Assembly (NCBI GenBank): GCA_964291415.2
Contig: OZ219917.1
Location: forward strand, 1 to 64,000
Direction: 5' to 3'
Length of the DNA: 64,000 nt
DNA from: Alphaproteobacteria bacterium
GTDB taxonomy: Bacteria; Pseudomonadota; Alphaproteobacteria; SP197
In this document: in pieces, positions 1-9,275 of the stretch
Layout: every line of letters begins with the position of its first letter
Numbering within the stretch: the stretch's first letter is position 1
The notes under the pieces: generated by a model
The model's input: the letters and a program-made list of their open reading frames with translations, nothing else
Databases searched by the model: none
What the model was told of the DNA's origin: nothing
Made by a program: the position numbers and the translations under genes

Positions 1-342
1 GCGGCCGCCGACGGAGGCAAGGTGTGGTTCATCGACGTGATCGGCGACAAGACGTCGCAGGCCGCCAGCCACCTCCTCAGTTCCGTCCTGTGGAACATGG
101 TTCCGGTCTATTCCGCCATGGTCGAGGATCTCAAGGCGGGCACCTTCGGCACCGTGGGATACAAGATCCAGCTGGCCGACGACTCCGTCCAGCTGCTGAA
201 GACCGACAACATTCCGGATGACGTCTGGGCGTCGATCATGGCCAAGCGTGACGAAATCCTCTCCGGCATGATGATCGACCTCATCACGGACGCCCAGGAG
301 GTCCGGGCATTGATGACGTCAATCGATATCGGCGAGGGCTGA
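1..342 (+). CDS. BMP/PnrA-family ABC transporter substrate-binding protein, C-terminal part (5' end outside window)
   Basis: The frame is open from base 1. The C-terminus (LLSSVLWNMVPVY...GTFG) resembles BMP lipoproteins, and the gene precedes a nucleoside-type ATPase and two permeases. Confidence 0.7.
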   Translation, partial: AAADGGKVWFIDVIGDKTSQAASHLLSSVLWNMVPVYSAMVEDLKAGTFGTVGYKIQLADDSVQLLKTDNIPDDVWASIMAKRDEILSGMMIDLITDAQEVRALMTSIDIGEG

Positions 343-386
343 ACCGGACGCCACGCCAAGAGTCACAACGCCAGGAGCGTCGACGG

Positions 387-1988
387 GTGGAACCTGAACC
401 CGTCGGCGCGCCTGACGGCGATTCCGCCCTCACACTCCACGACATCACCAAGCGATTCCCCGGCGTTCTCGCGAACGACCGGGTGTCGCTGGTCTTCCGG
501 CGCGGCGAGATTCATGCCCTCCTGGGCGAGAACGGCGCCGGCAAGTCCACACTCATCGGCATCGTTTCCGGCATGGTGCGCCCCGACTCCGGCTCCATCG
601 AGGTCGCCGGCCGGCCGGTGCGGATCGCGTCGCCTTCTGCCGCGCTGCGCCTGGGTATCGGCACGGTCTATCAGCACGTCCTGCTCGTCCCGAGCCTGAG
701 CGTCCTCGAGAACCTGATGCTGGGAAACCCGTGGTGGCGCACCCTTGACCGTGCCGCCACCTCCAGGCGATTCGCCGAACTGGCCGAACTGCTCTCCGTC
801 AGGGTGTCGCCGGATGCCCTGGTGGGCAGGCTCTCCCTGGGGGAACAGCAGCAGGTCGAGATCATGCGCGCCCTGTGGCACGGCGAACTGATCCTTTTCC
901 TCGATGAACCGACGTCGATGCTGACACCCCAGGGCGTCGACGACCTCGGTGTCGTCATGCGCCGGTTGCGCGACCATGGTGTCGCCATCGTCTTCATCAC
1001 CCACAAGCTGAAGGAGGCCAGCGATCTCGCCGATCGCATATCGGTGCTGCGCCAGGGGCGCGTTGTCGGCGAGGTAGAGCCTGCCGAGTTGGGCACGATG
1101 TCGCCGGACGCGATCATTGAACGCGTCGTGGCGATGATGTTCGGACGTGGCGGAAAGGCGGAAGACCTCCGGGCCACTCTCGTCGGCGACGCCGCGGAAC
1201 CGCAGAGCCGACAGCACGCCGATGCCGGGGCGGAGCCGCTCCTCGTGCTCCGCGGCGGGCACACGGCCGGAGAGCGGGGCGAGTGCGCTCTCGATGGTGC
1301 AGACCTCGAGATCAGGCCCGGAGAAATCTTGGGTATTGCCGGTGTCGACGGCAATGGCCAGAAACACCTCGCCGAGGTTCTTGCCGGCCAGCGCGTGATG
1401 ACAACCGGCTCGATCTCGCTGGCGGGCAGGGAGATCGGCCATCTCGGCGTTGCCGGCCGCCGCCGCCTGGGCGTGCGCTACATCACCGACGAACGTCTCG
1501 GCGAGGGAACGGCGCCCCGCCACTCGCTGGCCATCAACCTCGTCATCAAGGAGATCGGCTCACCGCAATTCTGGAGACGCGGAATCACCTTGTGGAGGCG
1601 TATTCACGATCATGCCCGGCACATGATCAGGACCTACAGCATCGTGGCGCCGTCGGAGCGTGCGCCCCTCGCCGGCCTTTCGGGCGGCAACATCCAGAAG
1701 GTCCTGCTGGCCAGGGAGTGGACCGGTGATGCCCGGCTTCTTGTCGTCTCCAAGCCGACCTACGGACTGGACCTTCAGAACACGCGCCGGGCGCGGGACT
1801 GGATCAAGAGCATTGGCGGCAACGCGGATTCCGCCATTGTCGTCATCTCCAATGAACTCGAGGAACTGATCGACGTGTCGCATCGCATCGCCGTGATGGA
1901 GCGCGGCCGCATTGCCGGCATCGTGAGGAACCGGCCTGGTGCCACGACAGCCATCGGCCGCCTGATGGCGGGGGTCGAGGCTGCCTGA
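387..1988 (+). CDS. Nucleoside/sugar (CUT2) ABC transporter ATP-binding protein, two NBDs
   Basis: GENGAGKST Walker A, LSLGEQQ signature, LDEPT, and a second degenerate NBD (GVDGNGQ, LSGGNIQK). Confidence 0.92.
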   Translation: MEPEPVGAPDGDSALTLHDITKRFPGVLANDRVSLVFRRGEIHALLGENGAGKSTLIGIVSGMVRPDSGSIEVAGRPVRIASPSAALRLGIGTVYQHVLLVPSLSVLENLMLGNPWWRTLDRAATSRRFAELAELLSVRVSPDALVGRLSLGEQQQVEIMRALWHGELILFLDEPTSMLTPQGVDDLGVVMRRLRDHGVAIVFITHKLKEASDLADRISVLRQGRVVGEVEPAELGTMSPDAIIERVVAMMFGRGGKAEDLRATLVGDAAEPQSRQHADAGAEPLLVLRGGHTAGERGECALDGADLEIRPGEILGIAGVDGNGQKHLAEVLAGQRVMTTGSISLAGREIGHLGVAGRRRLGVRYITDERLGEGTAPRHSLAINLVIKEIGSPQFWRRGITLWRRIHDHARHMIRTYSIVAPSERAPLAGLSGGNIQKVLLAREWTGDARLLVVSKPTYGLDLQNTRRARDWIKSIGGNADSAIVVISNELEELIDVSHRIAVMERGRIAGIVRNRPGATTAIGRLMAGVEAA

Positions 1989-1989
1989 G

Positions 1990-3038
1990 ATGAGCCAGCA
2001 GCACCCTCTCGTTTCGTGGCTTCACGGGATGGTCTCCGTGCTGCTGCCGGTCGTTCTCGCGCTTGCCGTCGGGGGCATCCTGCTGCTGGCGCTCGGCAAG
2101 GACCCCTCGCCTACTACGGCTACGTCGTCAAGCGGGGGCTGTTGAGCCCGACGGGACTCGAGGCCTCGCTCACCCGCACCGCGCCCCTGCTGTTGATCGC
2201 TGCCGGACTGATCGTGGCCTTTCGCAGCGGTCTGTGGAACCTGGGCGTGGACGGCCAACTCCTGCTCGCCGCCGTGGTGACGGCGGCCCTGGCGCCCGAA
2301 CTCGCGGACGGACTGCCGCCGGTCCTGATGATTGCCGTGTGCTTTGCCGTGGCCATCACTGTTGGCGCTGCCTGGTCGCTCATTCCCGCTCTCCTCAAGG
2401 CGCAGTTCGGGGTCAACGAGATCATCTCGACCCTGATGATGAGCTTTCTGGGTGTCAGTCTCGCCAACGTTCTCATCAAGATCCCGTTCAACGATCCGCT
2501 GACCACCGTGCCGCAGACCGCCACCCTTGCCGTCGAGGACCGCCTGTCGCGGCTGGCGGATACCACCATCCACTGGGGGGTGCTGCTGGCGCTCGTCGTG
2601 GTGGTTGCGGTCCATCACGCGATGACGATGACGGCGCTGGGGATGAGACTGCAGATTGTCGGGGCCAACATGAAGACGGCCGTCCACGCAGGCCTGCGGT
2701 TGCGGCTTCTCGTGGTCGTCGCCTTCGCCATCAGTGCAGGCCTGGCGGGCCTGGCCGGCGCCGTCGACGTTCTCGGCGTCCACGGCACCATCCGCGCCGA
2801 CTGGAACCCGGCCTACGGCATTGTCGTCATCCCCCTGGTCTTCCTGGCGCGATTCAACGGCTATGCCGTCATCGCCTTCGTCTTCGTCTTCGCCGTCCTC
2901 GTCATCGGTGGCGAAAGCGCCGCCCGGCGGCTGGACGTTCCGACATACTTCGTTCTGGTTCTGGTAGGCCTGGTGATGCTGTTTCTGGCCGTCACGGAGT
3001 TCCTGGACCACCGCCGGCGCCTGACGGCAGGGGACTGA
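1990..3038 (+). CDS. ABC transporter permease (BPD_transp_2) with an apparent 1-nt frameshift near 2103
   Basis: ATG 1990 gives a hydrophobic N-terminus (MSQQHPL...LLALGKDP). This joins the 2016 ORF frame (LAYYGY...GLWNLGVDGQ) if one C is added to the C-run in gacccctc. Confidence 0.8.
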
Positions 3039-3043
3039 AACCC

Positions 3044-3979
3044 GTGGACGGACTGCTCAGCGAAGCCTTCATCGCCTCCCTTTTCTTCGGCGCCGTCACG
3101 GCCGGAGTGCCGCTGCTTCTTGCCGGACTGGGCGAGCAGGTGTCCGAAAAGGCAGGCGTCCTCAACATCGGCCTCGAGGGCATGATGCTGGCCGGCGCCT
3201 TCGCCGGATTTGCCGCCGCCTACGCCACGGACTCGTTCCTTGCCGGGTTCTGCGCCGGCATCCTGGCGGGCATGGCCGTGGCGCTCATCATGGCCGTGCT
3301 GTGTGTCGTTCTGGGTATGAACCAGATTGTCGTCGGCATCGCCATCACGCTTGGCGCCGAGGGCGTCACCGCCCTCCTGCATCACGTCCTGTACTCGCGG
3401 TCCTATCCACGGCTGTCCCGGGTCGAGACCTGGACCATTCCCGGTCTGGCGGACATCCCCTACATCGGCCCGGCGTTCTTCGACCGGAACGCCCTCATCT
3501 ACCTTGCCTTCGCACTGACCTTCTTCATGATCTGGGTGTTCAGACGCACCCAGGCCGGGCTCAACCTGCAGGCGGCCGGCGATGCCCCCGCCGCCCTGGA
3601 TGCGGCGGGCGTGAGCGTGACGGTGACCCGTTTCGTATCGGTGCTGGTGACCGGATGCCTGGGCGGTCTGGGGGGAGCCTACATGGCGACCGTTGGCGGC
3701 GGCCTCTTCCTGCCGTTCATGACCGGCGGCGCCGGATTCATCGCCATCGTCCTTGCCATGCTGGCCCGCGGCAATCCCTTGTGGGTCCTCTTCGGCGCCT
3801 TCCTGTTCGGCGCCAGCCTTGCTCTCACCACGGCCCTGCAGGTCATCGGCGTCAACATTCCCACCGACGTCATCCAGATGCTGCCCTTCGCCATGGTGAT
3901 CGTTGTTCTGTTACTGTTTGCCAGACACAGCTACCTGCCGCCGGCGTTGGGGCTTCCCTATCAGCGCGGAGCGCGCTGA
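3044..3979 (+). CDS. ABC transporter permease (BPD_transp_2), second subunit
   Basis: GTG start at 3044; motif PLLLAGLGEQVSEKAGVLNIGLEG; C-terminus PPALGLPY. Confidence 0.9.
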   Translation: MDGLLSEAFIASLFFGAVTAGVPLLLAGLGEQVSEKAGVLNIGLEGMMLAGAFAGFAAAYATDSFLAGFCAGILAGMAVALIMAVLCVVLGMNQIVVGIAITLGAEGVTALLHHVLYSRSYPRLSRVETWTIPGLADIPYIGPAFFDRNALIYLAFALTFFMIWVFRRTQAGLNLQAAGDAPAALDAAGVSVTVTRFVSVLVTGCLGGLGGAYMATVGGGLFLPFMTGGAGFIAIVLAMLARGNPLWVLFGAFLFGASLALTTALQVIGVNIPTDVIQMLPFAMVIVVLLLFARHSYLPPALGLPYQRGAR

Positions 3980-4008
3980 CGACATCACCTGCCAAGGAGG
4001 GTCAACTC

Positions 4009-4824
4009 ATGGCCGATACCAAAGTCCACCTTCTCGATGGCGGAACCCTGGTGATTGACGGGTTCCACGCCTTCTGGAACCGGGGGCCGGGAGGCGAACT
4101 CCGGTTTCCCTGCTATGCCGTCCTCGTCGAACATGACGACGGCCTCTATCTCTTCGACACCGGCTACGACTACGACCACGTCATGAAGGTGCTGCCCTTC
4201 GAGAAGCCGTTGCAGACACCCGAGCAGACCATTCCGGGAGCCCTCGATCTCGTCGGCCTGAAACCGTCGGACATCAACTACGTCATCAATTCGCACTACC
4301 ACTTCGATCACTGCGGCGGAAACCGGCACCTCTCGACAGCCTGCACGGTGTGCCATGCGAAGGAACTCGAAGCCTGCGAGCACCATCAACCCTTCGAGCA
4401 CCTGGGGTATTCGGATCTCGGCTTCACGAAGGGCGAGGGCGGCGATGAGGAGAGTTCAGTCGGCGGCTCCGGGGATCCCGAACTCGACATCTACACGCCG
4501 AAGTTCGAGACCCTGACCGGCGATCAGGAGCTCGCCAAGGGCCTGTGGCTCTTCGAGACCCCCGGCCACACGGCGGGCCACTACTCGATGATGGTCGAAC
4601 TGGCCAACCGGCGGCCGATGCTCTTCACGGCCGATGCGTGCTACAGCCAGAAGAACATGGACCTGATGTGCATCTCGAGTTTCCACCTCGATCCGACGGC
4701 CAGCCTGCAGTCCATGCAGCGTCTCAAGGACCTGGCAGAGACCCATGACGCCGAACTCTTCTACTCCCACGATCCGGAGAGCTTCGTCGACTACGTGAAG
4801 GCGCCCGACGGCTACTACTCCTGA
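4009..4824 (+). CDS. 4-pyridoxolactonase (metallo-beta-lactamase fold)
   Basis: HxHxDH motif (SHYHFDH). The segments MADTKVHLLDGG..FWNRGPGGE.RFP..DTGYDYDHVMKVLPFEKP and QPFEHLGYSDL closely match my recollection of Mesorhizobium loti Mlr6805. An aaggagg RBS precedes the start. Confidence 0.88.
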   Translation: MADTKVHLLDGGTLVIDGFHAFWNRGPGGELRFPCYAVLVEHDDGLYLFDTGYDYDHVMKVLPFEKPLQTPEQTIPGALDLVGLKPSDINYVINSHYHFDHCGGNRHLSTACTVCHAKELEACEHHQPFEHLGYSDLGFTKGEGGDEESSVGGSGDPELDIYTPKFETLTGDQELAKGLWLFETPGHTAGHYSMMVELANRRPMLFTADACYSQKNMDLMCISSFHLDPTASLQSMQRLKDLAETHDAELFYSHDPESFVDYVKAPDGYYS

Positions 4825-5987
4825 TTGTCGATCACGGCCAGAGCCGCCTCGACTCCCTTGCCGGCCTCGGCGGGAAAGCCGAGCTTGCGCATGGCGCCAG
4901 CCATGGCGGCCACGGCGATGAGAGCATAGGCCGGTTCCGCCGTCGGGCCCATGTGGCCGATGCGCATGAGCTTGCCGGCGGTCGCACCCCGGCCCAGGGA
5001 AAAGACCACGCCATAGTCCCGCCGCGCGACATCGAAGATGTCGGTGTCCTTGAGGCCTTCCGGAACCTCGATGGCCGTGGTGGTCGGCGACGCGATGTCC
5101 TCGCGGGCCGCCCACAGCGTTGCGCCGCTGGCCTTGAGGCCTTCGCGGCAGGCCCTGGCGGTGAGAGCGTGGCGCCGCCAGACCTCTTGCGGACCCTCGC
5201 GGAAGTAGTGGTCCACGGCCTCCGCCAGCCCGCAGACCTCGGCCGTGGAGGGGGTGAACGGGAAGGGCGCCGAACGGCTCCAGGCGTTCCGCCAGTCGAG
5301 GTAGCTCAGCGCCGAGGCGCGCGGCGCGGCGGGGTTGCCTTCCATCTTCTCCCAGGCCGCCTGCGACACCGCAACGAAGGTGATCCCCGGCGTGCCGCCC
5401 AGGCACTTTCCCGGACCGGTGATGAAGATGTCCGCATGGCAGTCTGCGGGGTGGATATCCATGCCGCCGAACGAGGACACCGCATCGACGATGAGGAACG
5501 CCCCGTGATCGGCCACCAGGCGGCCGATGTCGACGATGGGGTTGAGAGTGCCCGACGGGGTGTCGTGATGGACGACGGAGACCACCGAGATCTCCGGGTG
5601 GTCACGGAGCGCCGCCTCGACGGCCGCCGGGCTGATGGCGTCGTTGAACGGCACCTCGATCTCGACCATCGACTTGTGGTAGCGCGCGGACCAGTAGCCG
5701 AACCCCTTGCCGTAGACACCCGACGCGAGGTTGAGGACGACATCGTCGGCCGAGATCAGCGAGGCGGCCGCAGCCTCGATGGCGACCGCCGGTTCGGCCT
5801 GCAGGATGAGGGCCGGCTCGTCCTGGCGCATGGCGCGACCGCACTCGAGCGCGGTCTCCTCGTAGAACGCCTGGAACGAAGGATCGAAGTCGTAGCCGAT
5901 CGGCCGTGCCATGGCCTGAAGCACATTGGGGTAGCTCTGCACCGGCCCGGCGCTCAAAGTCAGAACCGGAGGTTTTGTCGCCGTCAT
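4815..5987 (-). CDS. ppaT: Pyridoxamine-pyruvate aminotransferase (class V fold)
   Basis: EAAAASLIS.DDVVLNLASGVYGKGFGYW, HHDTPSGT, GP.KCLG and RIGHMGPTA match recalled M. loti PPAT. The Glu of the 'EP' motif that occupies the phosphate pocket is retained (QAEPA). Alternative start at 5993. Confidence 0.88.
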   Translation of the reverse strand: MTATKPPVLTLSAGPVQSYPNVLQAMARPIGYDFDPSFQAFYEETALECGRAMRQDEPALILQAEPAVAIEAAAASLISADDVVLNLASGVYGKGFGYWSARYHKSMVEIEVPFNDAISPAAVEAALRDHPEISVVSVVHHDTPSGTLNPIVDIGRLVADHGAFLIVDAVSSFGGMDIHPADCHADIFITGPGKCLGGTPGITFVAVSQAAWEKMEGNPAAPRASALSYLDWRNAWSRSAPFPFTPSTAEVCGLAEAVDHYFREGPQEVWRRHALTARACREGLKASGATLWAAREDIASPTTTAIEVPEGLKDTDIFDVARRDYGVVFSLGRGATAGKLMRIGHMGPTAEPAYALIAVAAMAGAMRKLGFPAEAGKGVEAALAVIDNQE

Positions 5988-6375
5988 GTCCATTCCCCGT
6001 CACGTCATTGTTGCGGCTCTCATGATATACGCCCTTGTCGCATGCCGACACGACAACGCCATCCGCATCGCGCTGGCCAACGTCACGGACGGCGACATCC
6101 GCTGCGTTGCCGTGCTGGCGCACTTCGTGACCGTGGACCTTCCCGTCATCCCCGCCGGCGGCACCTACCGGTTCACCCTCGTCGATACCCCGGATGGCGG
6201 CCTGGCGATGGCACACCATGACACAGGGCCGATGATGCTGGAGAACCTGCTCTGCGGCATGCACGAGGACTGGAGCCGGAGCGTCGGCAACGCCGATCTC
6301 GCCGCGGTCTCCGGCCGTGACCGGCGATTCAGGTGTTCAGCCGACGGGGACCGCCTCGCCTGCCGCGCTCCGTGA
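5986..6375 (+). CDS. Hypothetical lipoprotein
   Basis: Hydrophobic N-terminus ending in lipobox-like LVA-C; non-shadow composition; fills the gap between pldH and ppaT on the opposite strand. Confidence 0.5.
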   Translation: MSIPRHVIVAALMIYALVACRHDNAIRIALANVTDGDIRCVAVLAHFVTVDLPVIPAGGTYRFTLVDTPDGGLAMAHHDTGPMMLENLLCGMHEDWSRSVGNADLAAVSGRDRRFRCSADGDRLACRAP

Positions 6376-6395
6376 GAAGGATTGACTGTGGTGGC

Positions 6396-7136
6396 CTACC
6401 AGCGCACCATGCCGGCATCCGCCGTCAGCGCCTGACCGGTGATCCAGTGCGCTTCCTCGGATGCAAGGAAGGCGATGGCCGGGACGATGTCCCCGGGCAC
6501 CCCGCGTCCCTTGATCGCCTGCAGCATGTCGACGAACTCGAAGGCGTTGACATGGTCTGTCTTGCGCACGCCTTCGGTGTCGGTGAGGCCGGGACACACG
6601 CAGTTGACGGTGATCTTGTGGGCGCCCAGCTCGGTCGCCAGCGCCCGTGAAAACGTCAGCACGCCTCCCTTCGAGGCGACGTAGTGCGCCATGTTCGGCG
6701 TCCCGACAAAAATCGAATTGGAGCTGACCGAGACGATCCGGCCGTAGCCGTTCCGGCGCATGGCGTCCGACGAGGCGCGGCACATGAGGTAGAGCCCGTC
6801 GAGATTGACTCGCAGCACGCGGCGCCATTCCTCGAAGGTGAGATCGTCCCAGGCGACGAACGGCACCTGGGCGGCGGCATTCACAAGGACGTCGATCTTG
6901 CCGCATCTCTCCAGCACCTCCCGGTGGAGAGCAGCGACCGAGTCCGGTTCGGCGATGTCGCATTGAAGGGCCAGGGCGGACCCTCCGGCCTCGTCGGCCT
7001 TGGCAGCGGCGCCGCTGCCGTCGATGTCCACAAAGACCGTGGTGGCTCCTTCGCTCGCCAGCCTGGCGGCGGCAGCCGCACCGATCCCGCTCGCCGCTCC
7101 GGTCACGATCGCCACACGTCCCTCGAATCGTCTCAC
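6396..7136 (-). CDS. pldH: Pyridoxal 4-dehydrogenase (SDR)
   Basis: TGAASGIG and YVASK. The segments VPFVAWDD, GTPNMAHYVA.KGGV and AF.FVDMLQA.KG match recalled M. loti Mlr6807. Confidence 0.85.
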   Translation of the reverse strand: MRRFEGRVAIVTGAASGIGAAAAARLASEGATTVFVDIDGSGAAAKADEAGGSALALQCDIAEPDSVAALHREVLERCGKIDVLVNAAAQVPFVAWDDLTFEEWRRVLRVNLDGLYLMCRASSDAMRRNGYGRIVSVSSNSIFVGTPNMAHYVASKGGVLTFSRALATELGAHKITVNCVCPGLTDTEGVRKTDHVNAFEFVDMLQAIKGRGVPGDIVPAIAFLASEEAHWITGQALTADAGMVRW

Positions 7137-7324
7137 CGTTCCATCTCCCTGATCCTGATCATCATGTCATGCGCCATCCGTTTCGGCCTTGTCAAACCTC
7201 CTCCGCGCTCCCCGGCCATGACAGCTCGGGATCGGTCCCATCGAATTGAGGCAACGAGGGGAATCCCCGTCACACGGGGGGCGAGAACGCACGCACACCG
7301 CCCACACCAGAGGGACTCGGGCCG

Positions 7325-8092
7325 CTACGGCCTCTGGTGATCCCGAAGTGCCTGTCCGAAGGCCTCGAAGAGGGCCCGGTTGACGGGATTGGTCTCTGGG
7401 TCGTACTCGGCGTGCCACTGCACTCCCAGAGCGAAGCCCGGCGCGTCGGCAATGCGGATCGCCTCGATCGTGTCGTCCTCCGCCACACCCTCGACGATCA
7501 CGCGGTCTCCCGGCTCCACGATGCACTGACCGTGGAGCGAATTGACGCGTATGGTCTGCCGGCCGAGGATCTCCTCAAACACGCCTCCCGCTGTGAAACG
7601 GACCTCGTGCCTGTCGGCAAACACGACGTCCGGATCGGGATGAACCTCCCCGTTTTCCAGCCGGGGAGCCCGGTGATTCATCCGCCCCGGCAGATCTCCG
7701 ATTTCGGGGTGAAGAACGCTCCCGAAGGCCACGCCGAGTTCCTGGATGCCGCGGCACAGGCCAAAGATCGGCACGCCCCTTTCGACACAGGCCTGCGCCA
7801 CGGACAACGCCACCGTGTCCCGTTCCCGGTCGTAGGGTTCGTGGTCCGGGTGAGGATCGACATTGAAACAGGAGGGGTGAACGTTGGCGCGCGCCCCGGT
7901 CAGCAGGATTCCGTCAACGGCATCAATCAGCGAGGCGACATCGGTGATGTCGGGCGTTCCGGCGAACATCAAGGGCAGGGCCCCGGCGACTTCCGCCACG
8001 GCAGAGAGATTCTTCTCCCCGGTCATCTGGGTCACATAGTGATCACTGACGAGATACCTGGAGCCGATGACACCGACGCGGGGTCTCGACAT
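7325..8092 (-). CDS. Gamma-glutamyl-gamma-aminobutyrate hydrolase family (peptidase C26)
   Basis: DGILLTG, FGLCRGIQE nucleophile elbow, VNSLHGQ, GVQWHAE. Confidence 0.88.
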   Translation of the reverse strand: MSRPRVGVIGSRYLVSDHYVTQMTGEKNLSAVAEVAGALPLMFAGTPDITDVASLIDAVDGILLTGARANVHPSCFNVDPHPDHEPYDRERDTVALSVAQACVERGVPIFGLCRGIQELGVAFGSVLHPEIGDLPGRMNHRAPRLENGEVHPDPDVVFADRHEVRFTAGGVFEEILGRQTIRVNSLHGQCIVEPGDRVIVEGVAEDDTIEAIRIADAPGFALGVQWHAEYDPETNPVNRALFEAFGQALRDHQRP

Positions 8093-8513
8093 CGTTGGGT
8101 CTGGTTCCTCCATGTTGCGCCAATGGTCAGCCCGGGGGCGAGAGGGGTTCGTAAAGCGGGAGCCGACGTGTGTCCACCCGATCTTCAGCGTGATCAGTTC
8201 ACAGCGAACCCGGTCCACCACCAGAAGACTCGGCATCGCCCACCCGGCATTTGCGCACCACATCACGATCTCCCGCTTCCACGTGGTCAACAACAGGGGC
8301 GGTCGACAGCCTCCTGCTGGCCGTCTTCATGTCGTCCACAAGTGATCGATTCCTGCGCTTTCGATGTTCGGGCTGCGGGTGGAACGCAAGCACCGGCAAG
8401 AGGGTTCTGCCGGGAGGGATGGGCCGACACGCGACGGCTGCCGGATCATCCGCCGAAGCCGCCTCGGTCCTGACTTCGATACCCTTGCTTTCAAGGAAAA
8501 AACGACATCGAGG

Positions 8514-8835
8514 CTAACGGCCAAGAACGGTGTCGATGCCGGCCAGCAGATCGAGCTTGGCCGACCCGATCCGGCCGACGCGTGCTTCGAGAAGCAACCG
8601 GTCGAGTGCGACGATCCCGTTCGCGACGGAATCTCTTGGCAGGCCTGTCATTGCGGCGGTCAACAGCACGTTTCCCGGTGCCTCCGCCCACCGAAGACTG
8701 CTCGTGAGCGGCATGCCAACCGGCTCCGGTTCAGAGCATCCCCCTGGACGACGATAACCGGCCGGAATACCCGGCCCCCTAGCCTGCGGGTTCGGGCAAC
8801 CCGGCCCAGCACACATCACCCTGGGAGATCACCAT
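8514..8835 (-). pseudogene. PemK/MazF-family toxin, disrupted
   Basis: MVISQGDVCWAGLPEPAG followed by an in-frame TAG, then RPVIVVQGDALNRSRL and PLTSSLRWAEAPGNV..GLPRDSVAN in other frames. The start overlaps the antitoxin stop. Confidence 0.8.
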
Positions 8836-9065
8836 TCGTTGTCGGCGAGCACCCGCCTGCCGGCGGCGGCGAGGAAGACGTCATCATTACCGTCAATCTC
8901 GTCACATACCCGGTTCATGGCGTCGGTGACCTCGTCATGCATATGGCGCGCGAGATATTCGTCGAGCGCTGCGGCGTACACTTCGCTTCGGGACCGCCGT
9001 CCCAGCAAGGCCAGTCGTTCGGCGCGTTCGAAAATGTGGTCAGGAATGGATACTGCCGTTTTCAT
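8829..9065 (-). CDS. Ribbon-helix-helix antitoxin (MazE6/ChpI-like)
   Basis: MKTAVSIPD.IFERAERLA...SRSEVYAAAL; a TATACT lies just upstream of the ATG. Confidence 0.85.
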   Translation of the reverse strand: MKTAVSIPDHIFERAERLALLGRRSRSEVYAAALDEYLARHMHDEVTDAMNRVCDEIDGNDDVFLAAAGRRVLADNEW

Positions 9066-9275
9066 ACCCGTAGTATAACTCTCTTCCACGGCCGGTGGTC
9101 AAGGGCTTTCCGGACGAAGTTCCCTGCAAGTCCGCACAGAGAGCGGACACCGGAGCTCACGGGCAGCCTGCGATTGACGATGCGCGGGGCGCACGCACAC
9201 CGACCGGCAGTCCCTGGGAAAGAACCGAGCGCACGCTGCAGGAAGGCAGCTGGCCTGACCTGGATTCAACCGGCG

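Noticed and set aside
4009-4824. Quorum-quenching AHL lactonase
   Set aside because: It has the same fold, but the sequence and its neighbours match 4-pyridoxolactonase far better.
7288-9202. Shared 13-mer CGCACGCACACCG at about 7288 and 9190, each downstream of a minus-strand gene
   Set aside because: Only two short copies with unrelated flanks; not enough to call a repeat family or CRISPR.
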